NCBI RefSeq assembly: GCF_009914755.1
Contig: NC_060926.1
DNA: 64,000 nt
Source: the human T2T-CHM13v2.0 reference genome, Homo sapiens
Direction: 5' to 3' (one strand)
Both the position numbers and the translations under genes were made by a program. How positions within the stretch are numbered: the stretch's first letter is position 1; each line of letters opens with the position of its first letter. The notes beneath the pieces are model-generated. The model did no database searches. It had not been told where the DNA came from and was given only the letters and a program-made list of their open reading frames with translations. This document shows positions 1-15,655 of this stretch, piece by piece.

Positions 1-900
1 ATTCTATAGACTGAGCGAGACTGAATCCTTGCTGTGGAATTACCAAGTTCTGTTAATGGACAATTATTTAACCCTGAAGAAAACAAAAAAATTGAAAATA
101 AAATGTCTGACAAAATCATGATCTGGCTCATAAGGTGTTGTAAGCATGGATGATACATATAAAGTTCTGAGAAGAGTGTCCAGAATAAGGTACATGCACA
201 ACCAAAGACACAAACTATGACTAGACTTTAAATATGACAAGTGGAGGTAAGCGCAACGGTAAACATCCTTAATCTGCAACCCTCCAAAGTCAGCAGACAA
301 TAAATTCAATGGAAGTGTCAATCCATCCATAACCTGTGGTAAACTGAATGCATAACTAAAGTGAGGGAAACATTCCCGTGCCTCCTGGTGTGAGATGGAA
401 AACATTACTGGCTATATTTGGATCCATTATCCATTACTAAGTTCTGGGGTTTGTAAATAATTACGGTGTCAATGGATGCTTTGTAATCATCATTTACCTA
501 TCAGGTGAAGAGTCAAAATGGGGAATATTGCCTCATTTTCTTATGGGAACACATGCCTCTTCCATTAACTAGGCATTTCTCTGTCCAGGAAGAGTAGCCT
601 CCAGGGCCACTGAGGTTATTCTGTACGTAAAAGTTAAAGCAAAAACCAAAGTAAAAAAAAAAAAAAAAAAAAGAAAATGCAATAATCTGAGATGTAGAAA
701 CAAGATGGTTTGAGGTTTCCTATTAGTATGAAGCAAAATGACTTATTTAAGATCAGCTTTAAAAAAAATAGAATTTTGGAAGATAAAACTGGGAGAAGGG
801 AAAATATAACATTTTAAAAGTGACAATTTCACAATTTGAAAAACTATTAAAATGATATATTCTTTAAGAAATAAAAGCATGTTGTTGAGATGTTTTAAAC

Positions 901-1613
<713 letters not shown>

Positions 1614-1644
1614 TCATTTGCACAAAAGCCTTTGCACAAAATAC

Positions 1645-1800
1645 ACATGGATGTACATATATATTGTGTATATGTAAATATATGTAAGTAAGCACATATA
1701 TACAATGTGTATGCATGTAGATATATATGCACAGACACTATAATGTATATGTATTATATATGCTATGTGTGTGTGTGTGTGTCTGTGTGTGTGTATACAT
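1645..1800. repeat. (TA)/(TG)-rich simple repeat
   Basis: Degenerate tatatg runs ending in a (TG)n tract at ~1765-1795. Confidence 0.85.
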
Positions 1801-2814
1801 AGTATTTTTTAAAAAGGAGATATATTTGTGGACATAATTTTCCTGAGAATAAACATTTTCAGATATATATCCAGAACAAAATTTTTAAATAAGTTATGCA
1901 CTAGCTAAAACAAATTAATCACAATATTATTTTACTGCTATTTTGGTATCACAACTTGGGTTTCTGCAAATGAGTGTCATTGGCTGATGTTCCTGTGCAT
2001 TGGATCACATTCATATTCAACCAACTCAAAGATGTTCCACTCACTGCTCACACCCACATAGATGTTTATTTTAAGCAAGTCATCAGAATGTGTCAACTAC
2101 AGTTGTCAATATGGTACTTTATAAGAAAAAGCATTGCGTGTGCATTTTAAGTAATTTAACAATTAAATTACTAATTAACTAAATTTAATAATTAAGTTAT
2201 TGATTTGATAATGCACAAAGTTACTTCAAACTGGAAAATAAGGAATATGAGCAAAAATTGAATCAGTTTGCTCGAAAGAGCAAATCTCAAAGACTATAGA
2301 AGAATGTGACCTGACTTACGAATTATCTCACCCAAGCCCACACCCTCACCTTCCTGTGACAGTTAATGATGCTCGATACTCATTTTCGAGGCTTCGAATG
2401 TCAGGATTCTAATAATGCAGCTGTTGGAAACTAACAGGGAAACTGCCCAGCCCTACATTTTTCATTTTCTCCTTAATGTATATGTGTAAGCATTTTTTAA
2501 AATACTCGAAATTTGTGTGCTTTGCCTTTTATTTCTTTGGAACTTTTAAGAATGTCTAGCACAGGTATGCAATAAAACAGAAATAATAGTAGTTCTATTA
2601 ATGCTTCTGAGTCCACGACATTCCTCAACAGTGTTTTACTAAGGGACCAACATGTAGTGCCTCCTCAATGGGTCTACTTCCTTTGGAATAAAAGTAAACT
2701 TTGAGGCTTGGACCAAAAGCTGCCTCTAATATTCCTCACTCTTCCTCTTGCATTCATTCCCATGACTTCCTCCCCTACTTTATTCCTAAACTATTTGAAA
2801 TTAACTTTCAACTT

Positions 2815-3138
2815 TGATGAAAACACAGGAAAGAAGACACTACCCAGAACATCACCCTAACTGAACATCATGCTGATGAACAGAAAACATGGATGAAATT
2901 ATAATATATACATACCGCCGCTAGGTCAAGTTTTACAACTCTTCTCATTTTAACAAAGGTATAGGAGCAATGAAGCAGATTCTTACAGTAGATAGCATCT
3001 ACTCAAAATTTTAAAAATGAGTGAAACAATTCTCAAAGATGGCTTCATTAGAATATTATTCTAATAAGAATTATTACCCAAAGCAGTTTCATTGTAAGAT
3101 TCTAAAAATACAAAGTGAAAGACCCCTGGGCTTGAACA
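2815..3138 (+). repeat. Copy B of the ~320-bp diverged direct duplication
   Basis: Colinear with 901-1162 plus 1465-1523; empty site (aagaattattacccaaagcag) where copy A carries the Alu. Confidence 0.9.
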
Positions 3139-3339
3139 TGCTGTTTCCTCCTCACTCACATCCATTCCAGTTCCATGTCCTATACATCACCTATGTCCAA
3201 GTTTAAAATGCATCTCTAGGATATCTTAATCACATGCACTTATGTCCAGGATGCTTGCTCTCTGCAGGTGGTACAAGGGTCTCCTTCCCTATACTGACAT
3301 GCCATGCTATCTGTGTATATCACCACATCTATTAATTTC

Positions 3340-3467
3340 TAATCTGTCTACTCGTGTCTCAGAAAAACCAAGGAGTGTCTTTCATGTTTGTACCCTTTTG
3401 CCTGCTACAGTGTCTGGCACTTAAAAGGGCCTCAATAAATCTTGAGTGAGTAAATGAATGGATGGAT
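3340..3467 (+). mobile_element. L2 LINE 3' end relic
   Basis: acagtgtctggcac...ctcaataaat...gagtgagtaaatgaatggatgga is a typical L2 tail. Confidence 0.6.
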
Positions 3468-3894
3468 TTTCTTTCTTTTTTCTGGAAGCATTAGAGCATT
3501 AGAGTGTCCCAGGAGCTTATACCTTAGTTCTGTGTTAAATTGTGTTTTCTGAACTGTAGCATTCATTATCATGCTGAGATAAATTTACCAAACATTTGTT
3601 TGAAAAGCATGAGCAGCCCTTAAATTAACCTCAGGACAATTACTGTGTGTATCAGTTTGTTCCAAAATGAATGACCAGAAAAGAATGTGACTAGTTTTAT
3701 ATTTGCATAAAATATAATTATACAAAAATGCATTATTGATCCAGATAATTTTCTTCTTGAACTTCACAAAAGGCTCTAGAGGCTTAAATATGATCAGTGC
3801 GTTTAGTTCTCTTTCAGGAAAGAAGCAACCCAGGGGTCAGAACTAGTTCTTTCCTGAAGCCAAGGAATGGGGACAGGGAGGACTCTTTGCTTTG

Positions 3895-4447
3895 TGTGAT
3901 GGCTAAATTAGTTGTCAACTTGACTGGATTTAGTAACACCTAGAAAGCTCGTAAAGCAAATTTTGGGGTATGTCTGTGAGGTTGTTTCCGGAGGAGATTA
4001 GCATGTGAATGAATAGACTAGTTGGGAAAGGTCTACTATGTGGATGGGCCCTAACCAAACGGTATGGGGGCAGGGTACAAAAACAGAGGAAAGGCAAATG
4101 TGTCCTCCGGTGTCCTGGAGCTGGGACACACTCTGCCTCCTCTTTCTTGGACATCAGAACTCGAGGCTTCTGGCGTCTGGACTCCAGGACGTGCACCAGC
4201 AGATCCCTAGGTCCTTAGGCCTTCACTTTCAGACTAAGAGTTACACAGTTCAGTTCCCTGGTTCTGAGAGTCTGACTTAGGCTGAGACACATCACTGGCA
4301 TCCCAGCATCTTCAGCTTGTGGATGGTCTATTGTGGGACCTCCCAACCTCCATAACTTTGTGAGGCTATTCCCTTAATAAATCCCCTCTCATATATCTAT
4401 ATGCATATCCTCTTGGTTCTGTCGGTCGGGGGACCCTACCGAATACA
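3895..4447 (+). mobile_element. MLT2 (ERVL) solo LTR
   Basis: Starts tgtgatggctaa..tgtcaacttgactgga, contains gtctgtgaggttgtttccggaggagattagc and aataaa, ends gaataca; 5-bp TSD ctttg/ctgtg. Confidence 0.85.
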
Positions 4448-4979
4448 CTGTGCACCTATGTGTCTGTTTGTACACAGTTGTGGGGATGGGAGGAATGAAT
4501 GGGGTGGGAACAGGTTGGAAACTGAACAAGGTAATGGGAGATTTTAAAAACTAACGGGCAGGAAAATGTCAAGCAATGCAAGCAGAGGACTGATGTTCAC
4601 AAAATCTGGAGGGGAATCTGTAGCATCCCCAAACTCAAAGAGCCCAGGGGACCTGGAAAGTTTCCAGTAAACAGCCAAGGTTCTGAGGTCCAGGATGAAA
4701 GTAAACAACACATGATTAAAAGGAATGGAGAAGAGAGGGGCTGAACTTCTAGAATACTGGTTTCTAAACATCTTTGCTTGTATACCCAATTAACAAAATT
4801 ATTTTGAACATGTACTCTCAAAATAAATATATTTTTAATTAAATTATGTGCATGTACTATTGTCTATTGTATATATGTAAAACTTTCAAAGCTAGAAATG
4901 TGAAAGAATGAGAAAAACTGTGTCCAAGAATCTCTCCATAGTTTACTTATTTTTAAAGGGGAAAAAGGGAAAAGTTTTT

Positions 4980-6890
4980 AATTATAATGAATATATCTGA
5001 GGGACACTGCCATAACCAAGTGATCAAATTGAATGTCAACAAAAAAGTGACAAAGTGACATAATTTATCCTATTGAGACATACTGAGAATAGCAATTCAT
5101 CACCTATGTGGCTTGCCTGCCAAAAATATTTATCCTAATGTAATCACAGGAAATGAAAGGTATCCAGATCATAAAGGAAAAAGTGAAGATATCTCTAGTT
5201 GTATATGACATAATTTTGTATACAGGAAATCTTATGGAATCTTCAAAAACTGTATTTAGAAAGCTAATAAGTGATTGCAGCATTATGCACAAAATTAATT
5301 CTATTTCTACATTCTAGCAACGAACACTTTGAAAGTGAAATAAAGAAAGCAATTTTCATTACAATAGTATCAAAAATAAAATTCTTGAGAATAAATTTAA
5401 TAAGAGAAACTTGCACATCGGTAACAAAAATAACTTCATGGAGAATAACTAAAGAAGACCTAAGTAAATGGAAAGACATTACTCGTTGATAGATTTGAAG
5501 GCTCAGGATTGTTTAAATAGCAATACCCACCTACTCCAAATTGATTAGAGATCTCTTTTAAAATCTCAGCCTCCTTTTTATCAGAAATTGATAAGCTGAT
5601 TTAAAAATCCATATGAAAATGCAAATGACTCATAATGCTCAAAACAATCTAGTAAGAAGGAAAACAAAATTGGAGAACTCACATTTTCTGACTTCAAACT
5701 TACTCCAAAGCTACAGTAATCAAGACAGTGTGGTAATGGCTTAAAGATAGTCATATAGATCAATGGAATATAATTTAGAGGCCAAATTAAAAACAACAAT
5801 AACAACCAAAGCACTTACAGTTACAGTCAATTTATTTTGATAAGGGAGTTAAGGAAATTTAAGAGAGAAAGAATAATCTTTTCAACCAATGATGTGTGGC
5901 AACTGGATGTCTTTATGAAAAATAGAACAAACAATTAAGTTATACTTGTAATTCACAATAAACAATTAAGTTATACTTATAATTCACATATTCACAAAAT
6001 GTGCAAAAAAAACCTTAAAATGAATACCTAAATATAAATGCTAAAACTAAAAAACTCTTAGAAGAAAACAAGTATCACTCTTGATAATCTTAAATTAGAA
6101 AATAGTTTCTTAGATATGACACCAAAAGCACAAGGAACAAAAGAAAAATACATAAATTTACTTCATAAAAATGGAAACTTCGGTGCTGCAAAAGACATTA
6201 TCAAGAAATTCAACAGACAACCCAAATAATGTAATACAATATTTTAAAAATCATATATTTGATAAGTCTAGTGTCTAGAATATATGATGCATACACTTAC
6301 CCATTAAAAAGACAAATAACCCAATTTAAAAATGGACAAAAGATTTGAACAGACCTATTTCCAGAAGAGATATACGAATGGCTAATAAGGACAGGAAAAA
6401 TGCTCAACAAAGTCATTAAAGAAATGCAAACAAATCACAATTAGGTACCACTTCACGCTGACAAGGATGGCTATGATAAGCAACTCAGACAAGACGTATA
6501 AATGCCACACATGATTTTTGATTAATGCTTTATATAAAAGAAATAAATAGAAAACATTTGATTGTGACAACTGGCACTGTATACTGGGTACTAGTAGTAT
6601 ATCAATGTTAGTTTCCTGAACATAACCCTTATATTGTGATTGTAGAGAAAAATATCCTTATTCTTTAGAGATGCTCAGCTAAATATTCAGGCTTTTGTTA
6701 CTCTGATGCTGGCAACTCTTAAACAGTTCAACAGCAATAATTTTTAAAATTATGTATATAGAGATGAGGTAAATGTAGCAAGATGTTAATAATTTGTAAA
6801 TCTAAGTAAAGATATAGGGTTGTTTCTTTTAGTTATGCTTAATAATTTTTGTGTTGTATGTTTCAAACTTTTCAAAATAAAAAATTAGGA
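4980..6890 (+). mobile_element. Old L1M (L1MC/ME-type) fragments: ORF2 3' part and 3' UTR
   Basis: Degenerate ORF2 C-terminal sequence (tgacttcaaacttactccaaagctacagtaatcaagacagtgtgg; ttagatatgacaccaaaagcacaa) flanked by L1M 3' UTR-like segments. Confidence 0.8.
5929..5990 (+). repeat. 31-bp tandem duplication inside L1
   Basis: aaacaattaagttatacttgtaattcaca (5929) and aaacaattaagttatacttataattcaca (5960). Confidence 0.9.
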
Positions 6891-8302
6891 ATAATAAATA
6901 AAAGGCTAGAGTAATCATAAATATAAAAATCAATATTGTTATATTTTTAACCATACTTCAATGCATCATCTGTGCTAACATACTTTGGAGATGATCATGT
7001 CTGGCAAAAAGAGATTTAGTTTCTAGGATCTGGTGGTTTTGTGTGTTAAATCTACTTTTAGAAGTCTTAAAACTCTCTAAAACTTTTAATATGTATTTCA
7101 GGCACCTCCAAATATACTGTTTAAATATCTCTATAAACCTACGGTTCCTCTCAAAATTTAATAAGTAGCAGCACTTCAGTTAAAGAACAAATTAAAAGCT
7201 TCTGTTATTTGAAAAGTAACCTGTAAAGACCATTAAATGTTATTAACATCTTTGAATGGGCATAAAGTGCCTTGAAAAGTTAGAGATGTTCTCAGTTGAG
7301 CAAAGCCATCAACTCTGGACTTCTTTTTCCTGGGCATTGATTGTGCTCTCAATCCTCTGAGCATGCTGCATGAGACGTATTGTGGCTTTGTACAGCAGTG
7401 AGGGCACCAGTTACACCCTGATGCATTTTCATAGCCTCTTCCTAATAGTGCCACCTGCTGTAACGGGGACATGAGGCATGAAAAAAATTGTACCTCCTTG
7501 TGAGAAATACCTTTCTCTTGCAAATACAGATGTAACTATCACCACTAGAGGTAATAGTAACACACAAAATATTGGGGGGAGTTCTAATAGAAAAGAGTCA
7601 CCTTCCCCACTTACAGATAGTAATTCAAAGCCCCTCAAAAGATTTTTCTTACCCTCATCTTTTCCTCTGGCTTCTATGTTTTTCCTATATTCATTATAGA
7701 TTGCTTTTCTGTGAATTCGTTGAATTGAAAGAAACATTATGCATTGTTTTTCATATGTTATTTTATATTAGAAATCACAATGTTTTTTCAATTGCTAGGG
7801 CAAAGTAAAATAAAAAGAGAAAATTGTTACTAGTCATAGCACCTAGAAATAACAATACTGTGATTCAATTGTTCTGGCAATGTTTCATTGGGATGCACTA
7901 TACTTCGATGATGTAGCAGGTGAAATTGAAATTCTGATGGGTGAGAGGAAGATCCTGAACCCAGAATTCATTATTCATCCTAGAGTTCATGTAAGAACCA
8001 TGTATTGCTCAGTATTACAAGGTAGTAAGGAAAAATAAAGTCAGTATCTCCCTAAGTCACAAAAATAAAATTATATGAAGGCAACACTATCACCATCTTT
8101 ATAATATATAATATATAAATATATTGAATATTGTATGTATGTATTAGACAAATTTGTACACAGACACACAGGATGAGGTAGAAAAAGAAGATAAAGCCAA
8201 TTGGAGAAACTATAACCAGCCAGAGAATCTGGTCAAAGGATATAGGAGAGTCCGTTCTGCTACTCTAACACATTTTTTATCTGTTTGAAATTATGCTTCT
8301 CA

Positions 8303-8593
8303 TTTTTTAAAGAGTTGGGGTCTCACTCTGTCACTTAAGCTGGAGTGCAGTAGTAAGATCATAGCTCACTGCAGCCTTAAACTCTTGGGCTCAAGTGATC
8401 CACCTGCCTCAGCCTCCTGAGTATCTGGGACTACAGACATGCACCACCACTCATGGTTAATATTTTCATTTTTTGTAGATACAGGGTCTTGCTATGTTGT
8501 CCAGGCTGATCTCAGATTCCTGGGCTCAAGTGATCTTGCTGACTCCATCTCCCAAAACAATGGGATTACAGGTGTGAGACTCCGTGTCGGGCT
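8303..8593 (-). mobile_element. AluJ SINE
   Basis: Reverse Alu with J-type atcatagctcactgcagcct and gggctcaagtgatc in both arms; highly diverged. Confidence 0.85.
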
Positions 8594-8917
8594 AAAATTA
8601 TATCGTAATAACAAATTACTTAGAAAAATCTAAATGCTCACTTCCTCAGAAAATATAGGACACACCTTGACATTTCCCTTTAACTATTTAGCAATACTTT
8701 TTTGTCTTGTTTTCCCTTTGTTGAGTTAATCTAAATAAAATTATACCTGCTTTGACACATCAGAATTTTAAAAATATTTTCTCAAGATGCCCATGGCCTC
8801 GTAAGTGCTATGTGTACAAATTATACCCTTTTCAAATCTTACCTTTTATAGCACTTTATGGTCCTATATATGAAGTATTTTGAGATGGGAGCACTTTGTG
8901 GTGGTAGAAACTTCAGA

Positions 8918-9110
8918 TCATTTATTCACCTGATTTCTTCAAAAATTTGGTGAAATCATTATGGTAAGTATTATTATGCCCATTTACAAATGAGAAAACT
9001 AAAAGTCATAGTGAATAATTGATGTCATACAGTGTGTGCATTCTGAAGAAACTGACATCCACTTCTACATCCTGCGGTGTGGGGTCCAGTGTAAAAGGCA
9101 GTTCACTACA
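8918..9110 (-). mobile_element. MIR SINE
   Basis: MIR core ttattatgcccatttacaaatgagaaaact. Confidence 0.6.
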
Positions 9111-9125
9111 TGGCTTGTGCCTCAC

Positions 9126-9551
9126 TGTATTAGTTTCCTAAGGCTTCAGCATTCAGTTACTATGAGTTTAGTGACTTCAAACAATACAGATGAACTCTTA
9201 CAGTTCTAGAAGTCAGAAGTTTAAAATGTCTAGAGCTGCATCCTTTCTAGGGATTTATGGGAGAATCTTTCTCCCCTTTTCCAGCTCCTAGCAGACACCA
9301 GCTTTCCTGAGCCTGTGGCCCCTTCCTTGATCTTCAAAGCCAGTATAGCACCTTTTCTCTGACCTTCTGCCTCTCTCTTACAGGGATCCTGATGATTCTG
9401 TCAGGTTATCTGGATAATTCAGAATAACCTCCCATCTCAAAATACTTAATTACATCTGTAAGGTCCCTTTTTCCATGTAATGTAATATATTAGTAGGTTC
9501 CATGGATTAAGATGGGCACATGTTTAAAGAACCATTATTCCACCTAAAACA
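9126..9551 (-). mobile_element. MLT1 (MaLR) solo LTR
   Basis: tgtattagtttcctaaggct...cttacagttctagaagtcagaag...ccattattccacctaaaaca. Confidence 0.8.
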
Positions 9552-9619
9552 ATCATCTTATAAAAAGATCCACACACCAAAAGCTTCCAATTAGTTTTTT
9601 AGTGTCTCTTATTTATTTT

Positions 9620-10640
9620 ATGATCAGTAGAAACAAAAATAAAAACAAATCTGAAAATACAAAAGAAGATAATAAATTAGAAAGCAATTGAGGTGGTGCA
9701 ACATCTGACTAATGGAATTTCAGAAAATGAAGAGATCGTTAGCAAAAAAAAAAAAAAAAAAAAAAAAAAAGACATTTCCCCTACTAAAAACCATAAACTC
9801 CAGAAATAAAGGGTACAAGACTTTAGATTTAAAATCCTAAGGACAAAGATCAATAACTGATAAATTTCAGGACCCAGGGCATGAAGACGATTTCCCAAAA
9901 TTCCAGAGGGGTCAGGGAAAACAGCTTTACTAGAGATATTTGGAACCAGGTGGCTCTAAATTTCTCAAGTGATGATATCTGCTTTGGGAATGTCAAAAAC
10001 TATCTTTACATTTTTTAGAAAAAAAGTTTTTCCCAGAGATTTCATATTCAAACAGTAAAACAAGGATGCTATAGTTTGAATAACTGTGTCCCCTCCAACA
10101 TTTACCATAAAATATGATCCTCTGTGTGATGGTATGAAGAGGCGTGACCTTTCTGAGGGGATTAAGACATGGGAGCTTAGTCCCTGGGAATGAGATTAGC
10201 ACCCTTATAAAAGGCTTAGAGAGAGCGGGCTCCTCCTCTTCCATGCTCCTTCAAGGTGAGGTCACAGCAACAAACCTCCATCTTGGAAGCAAGGGCAGTC
10301 CTCACCGGACACTAATGCTGGTTCTTTGATCTTAGACTTCCCAGCCTCCAGAACTGTAAGAAATAAGTTTCTGATCTTTGTAAATTGCCTGCTGTAAGAT
10401 ATTTTGTGATAGCAACACAAATGGAGGAAGACAAAGGGTGATGGTTGAATAAACTTTTTGCAGATATGCAAATAAGTTTCAGATAGGCAAAGACTAAAAT
10501 AACTTGACTTCCCATATATATTTTCCCAGCAACCTACTGTAGGATTTTTTTTTGGCAAATAAGAGAGTATGCCTAGAAAGCAGAATTTCTAGAATTCAGG
10601 AAACAGTCTTCACACTATGAAATGGTAAAAAGTCACCCCA
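9620..10640 (+). mobile_element. Ancient L1 ORF1/HAL1-like relic, interrupted by MST LTR
   Basis: A-rich degenerate ORF1-like sequence on both sides of the MST; weak similarity only. Confidence 0.4.
10067..10433 (+). mobile_element. MST (MaLR) solo LTR
   Basis: tgctatagtttgaat...cttagacttcccagcctccagaactgtaagaaataa...gaagaca; TSD aagga/aaggg. Confidence 0.85.
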
Positions 10641-10739
10641 AAAAGAGAGCTGTGCAGCAGATGTGGAGAGCAACCAGTCACAATCAAAACAGAAAATACA
10701 CTGCGATGAGACGTAGCTCTTAAGGAAGGGAGAAGAGGG

Positions 10740-10820
10740 AAATTTTGCATTTTTAACAAGTTTCCAGGTGCTGCTGATGCTTCTGGTTTTGGATCTGCAC
10801 TTTGAGGACCATCATCCTAG
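10740..10820. mobile_element. MER5A (hAT-Charlie) fragment
   Basis: tgcatttttaacaagtttccaggtgctgctgatgc...cactttgag. Confidence 0.65.
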
Positions 10821-10834
10821 GGCATCAGTGGCCT

Positions 10835-11122
10835 CTGTGGCTGAAGGCTTTTTGCTGACTACAGGGGTACAGCAACTTAGTTACAGCCAAGCCACAAGTG
10901 CCCTGGAATTAACAGCCCTCAACGTGGAGGAAGTCACTGGATAAATACCCTCACTTTCATGCCTTTAGGTAGGAGAACTCTGAATCTCCAGATGGGTAAC
11001 TGGCTTCATGATGAATTCCTTATTGGCTTGTCCCTCTTCCTTGTCTCACTTCACCAATTTTCTACCAATGTTTCTTGAAATAACCTCCCAAATAAGCTTC
11101 TGGGAGAACCCAAACCATAATA
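10835..11122 (+). mobile_element. LTR16-like (ERVL) LTR fragment
   Basis: ccttattggcttgtccctcttccttgtctcacttc...cctcccaaataa...cttctgggagaacccaaac. Confidence 0.55.
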
Positions 11123-11508
11123 GTGAGTGCTCAAGAAAATTAGTTTAATTAAATGAGCATAAAAACAATTAAAAAAATTAAACCTCACAGTAGTCCATTA
11201 AAATACTTTTGTATAGGCATCTGTTTGCTTTTATCATGCACTGCTGTTCAAATGGTTTATCTACTGCCCAAGAATTAACAGTGAGGCAGCGTTGGAACTT
11301 TAAGTCTTATCTACCAGTCTACTGCTTAAAATGATTTTTAAAATCATATTAGTCATTTTCTTCAATTTCAAAAACAAATTTCCAATTGGTTTCATTGAAA
11401 TTTGAGCGGTCCTGTGGAAAGTAAAATACAGTAATTGCTGTTTATCTACCAGCTAGGACATTGTTGGTAGACTTATAACTGACACAGAAACTGGAGAAAG
11501 AAATTTAA

Positions 11509-11861
<353 letters not shown>

Positions 11862-12856
11862 CTAAGCTGGGAACAAGGAAATCTGTCAAACAGGAAGCAC
11901 TTTTAAAAGCTGAGACATGAGAATAATGCTCGTCAGTTTTCCTTGGTGGACAAAATGAGAGCGAAAGGTTTAGATCCTAAAAGAAAAGAGAAAGAGAAAG
12001 AAGTGCTTTTCAAAGCCTGGGTGATACTGCAGGTGACAAGGACCCCACTGCCTGAGGGCACTTCTATGGGCCACTGCAGCCTTCCTCCCACATACGCTGG
12101 TGAAAGGGTGGTTTTATCCTCAGGCAAAGCTTCCTGGATTCAGTGAAAACCCCTTTCGAACATCAGATGGCATGTCACAGAGCTGCACACTGTCTCCTCC
12201 TGGGCTTATAATGAGTTTTCCTCACTGCTACTACCTGAGCCCCAAAATGCACATTAAAGGACACTGTCAATTAATGTTTGGATCAAAATGTGACCTACAT
12301 TACTACTGACTGTCATGGAGACAGTTCTGCAGAGTCCAAATGTCTACTCATATATTTTCAACACTCTATTAATAAGAAGGTGTAATATTCAATTAAAAAG
12401 AGGTGATCCCTTAGGAACCACAAAAACAAAAGAATTCTGTATATTACCATTGGTTATGTGATATCATTTAATAAATTAACTGTTCCCTTGGAGCTATGCT
12501 CTTATCACCAAGAATAGAGAGAGATTCAGAAAACTTGGGCTCAATACCCCCAACTTTTTCACTGAGAAGTCAGATCCCCTTACACAAATCTCGCCCCCTT
12601 TTTCAGTCCCAGTGCCTTTCTTCATAAAAAGGGGACATTTGACTGCGTGACCTCAAAGTCCACTTCCAACTCACATTCACTTACCTCTCTCTTCGTTTAT
12701 ACTGGTACTTCACTTTCTCCTGGAACTTCATGAAAGAAAAAAGCAAAACAGGGCTAAAGAAAAGGCTGGAGTTTATCTGATGTCGAAAGACTAAAAATAG
12801 CAAAAACAATAAAAACATAACTAAATATAAATGTATTTACAAAGAAAAACAGGCTT

Positions 12857-13290
12857 CCCAAATCATTTGGATATTTGTCCTCTCCAAATCTCACGTTGAA
12901 ATTTGATCCCCAATGTTGGAGGCGGGGTCTGGTGGGAGGCGTATGGGTCACGGGGTCAGATCCTTCATAAATAGATGAATGACCTCCGGGAAGGGTGTGA
13001 GTCAGTGAGTTCTCCCTCCATTAGTTCGTGAGAGAGTTGACTGTTAAAAAGAGACTGGCATCTCCCACCTTGCTCTCCTGCTTCCTGTCAAGCCATGTGA
13101 TATCTGCACACACCAGCTCACCTTTGCCTTCTGCCATGAATAACAGCAGCCTAAAGCCCTCACCAGAAGCAGATGTTGGCACCATGCTTCTTATACAGCC
13201 TGCAGAACTGTGAGCCAAGTAAACCTTTTCTTTTTAAAACTTACCCAGCCTCAGGTATTCCTTTATAGTGGCATAAAGGTACTACATGAC
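12857..13290 (+). mobile_element. MSTB-type (MaLR) solo LTR
   Basis: tttggatatttgtcctctccaaatctcacgttgaaatttgatccccaatgttggagg...cccagcctcaggtattcctttatag. Confidence 0.85.
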
Positions 13291-13978
13291 TTCAGGTTAT
13301 TTTTTTCTTTTATTGTAGTAGAACTGTACAGCTACAGGTTCTTCTTCTGTCTGCCGTCTCAAAAAGAGCATCACCCTTCATGCTCATGTGTAAAGGTGAT
13401 TGGGGCAGGATTTCAGAATCCTGCTCTGACCCGTAAAGACCTAGAAGTTGTTACTTTTTCAACACGTAAAAAAATAAAAAATGAAGAAAAAACCTGAAAA
13501 TTAATAACTGTTTTTAAACCCATCAGAGAATCTGGCTATACTGCTATCTCAAAATCTGGAAAGGTATATGAATCCAGAGATCCAGGGTTACCTGAAACAA
13601 AACCACTGGAGTCATAAACAAGTGGGAACACACGAACAGTAATTTTGACAAATTGCTAGAAGCTGCATGTGGACTGTTGTGAGAGTAAGAGGCTCACAAT
13701 TTTAGGGGAAGCACACATTTTCATAGGCTTTATCTGCAGGACCTTATTGGGTTATTATGGTAAAAATTTGCACAAGATCACGTCGTGGCTCTGGATGAGG
13801 GAGGGGAAAGTAATCATTATAAAATGTATGAACTCCCATAGCCTTCTATATAATGAAGATCTACCTGCCAGACTATGCCAGAGCCTTATACCACTTGGGG
13901 AAGGTCATTTCCCTGACTTCAGCCCCTTCTAGTCTTCCTGTCTTAAATATAAGAATGAGGGTTAAGAAACAATGGTTA

Positions 13979-14351
<373 letters not shown>

Positions 14352-15246
14352 TTAATCATAAGATTGTAGACACTTCCCTTCCTTCACAACTTGCCACCAC
14401 AGGGCTCAAAGAGCTGTAAGACATGGACTCTGTCTAAGAAGGAAATTTTAGTAAAGCCCAGAAACAACAGGGAAGACAAGGGCACTAGAGGAATTTGAAG
14501 CATCTCTCACCTACAGCTACAGCAAACCTTAAACACAGCCTACTTCCTAACCAGACTAGCGTGAAACCTCACACTAGAATCCTTTTTATCACAATTTCTA
14601 ATACTTGAAACAGTATATTCAGATTTCAACAAAGAAGTTACAGGCATAATAAGAAACAAGAAGAAACTCAAACTGAAGAGACAAAGCAAGCATCAGAACA
14701 AGACTAAAATATGGCACAAATTTTGGAATGATCAGACAGGGATTTAATCATAACTTAATATGTTAACTCTAATGCAAAAAAGTAGAAAATATGCAAAAGA
14801 GGTGGTTAATAGAAACAAAAATATAGAAACAGTAAGAAAAAAATGCAAAAACAAGAAATCAAGAACACTGTAACAGAAATGAAGAATGACTTTAATTCAC
14901 TCAATAGACTATATAGGATGAAGAAATAAATAAGTGAGCTTGAAGATATGTCAATAGACATTTTTCAAGCTAAATTTCAAGAGAAAAAACATTAAACAAT
15001 GAAAAAGCAGAGCAGAACATCCCAGAACTGTGGGAAAATTTCTAAAGATGTAACTTTTGCAAACTCTAAGGAAATCACAAATATTTTCAAAGAGTATAAC
15101 TGATATACTAAGAGAGGAGGTACGGTAGAATATAAAATGCTGAATTAAAACCAGAGAAAGCCAAAAAAATGAGGAAATAAAAGAAGCAAAAAATAAGTGT
15201 AACAAATAGAAAACAGTTGCAAACAAGCTATCCTAATAAGTCTATT

Positions 15247-15655
<409 letters not shown>

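Noticed and set aside
64-405. 113-aa minus-strand ORF
   Set aside because: No recognisable homology, low-information hydrophobic composition, and it runs across a splice-acceptor-like T tract
7905-7960. C/D-box snoRNA-like motifs (ATGATG...CTGA...CTGA)
   Set aside because: C box imperfect, span only ~52 nt, no terminal stem
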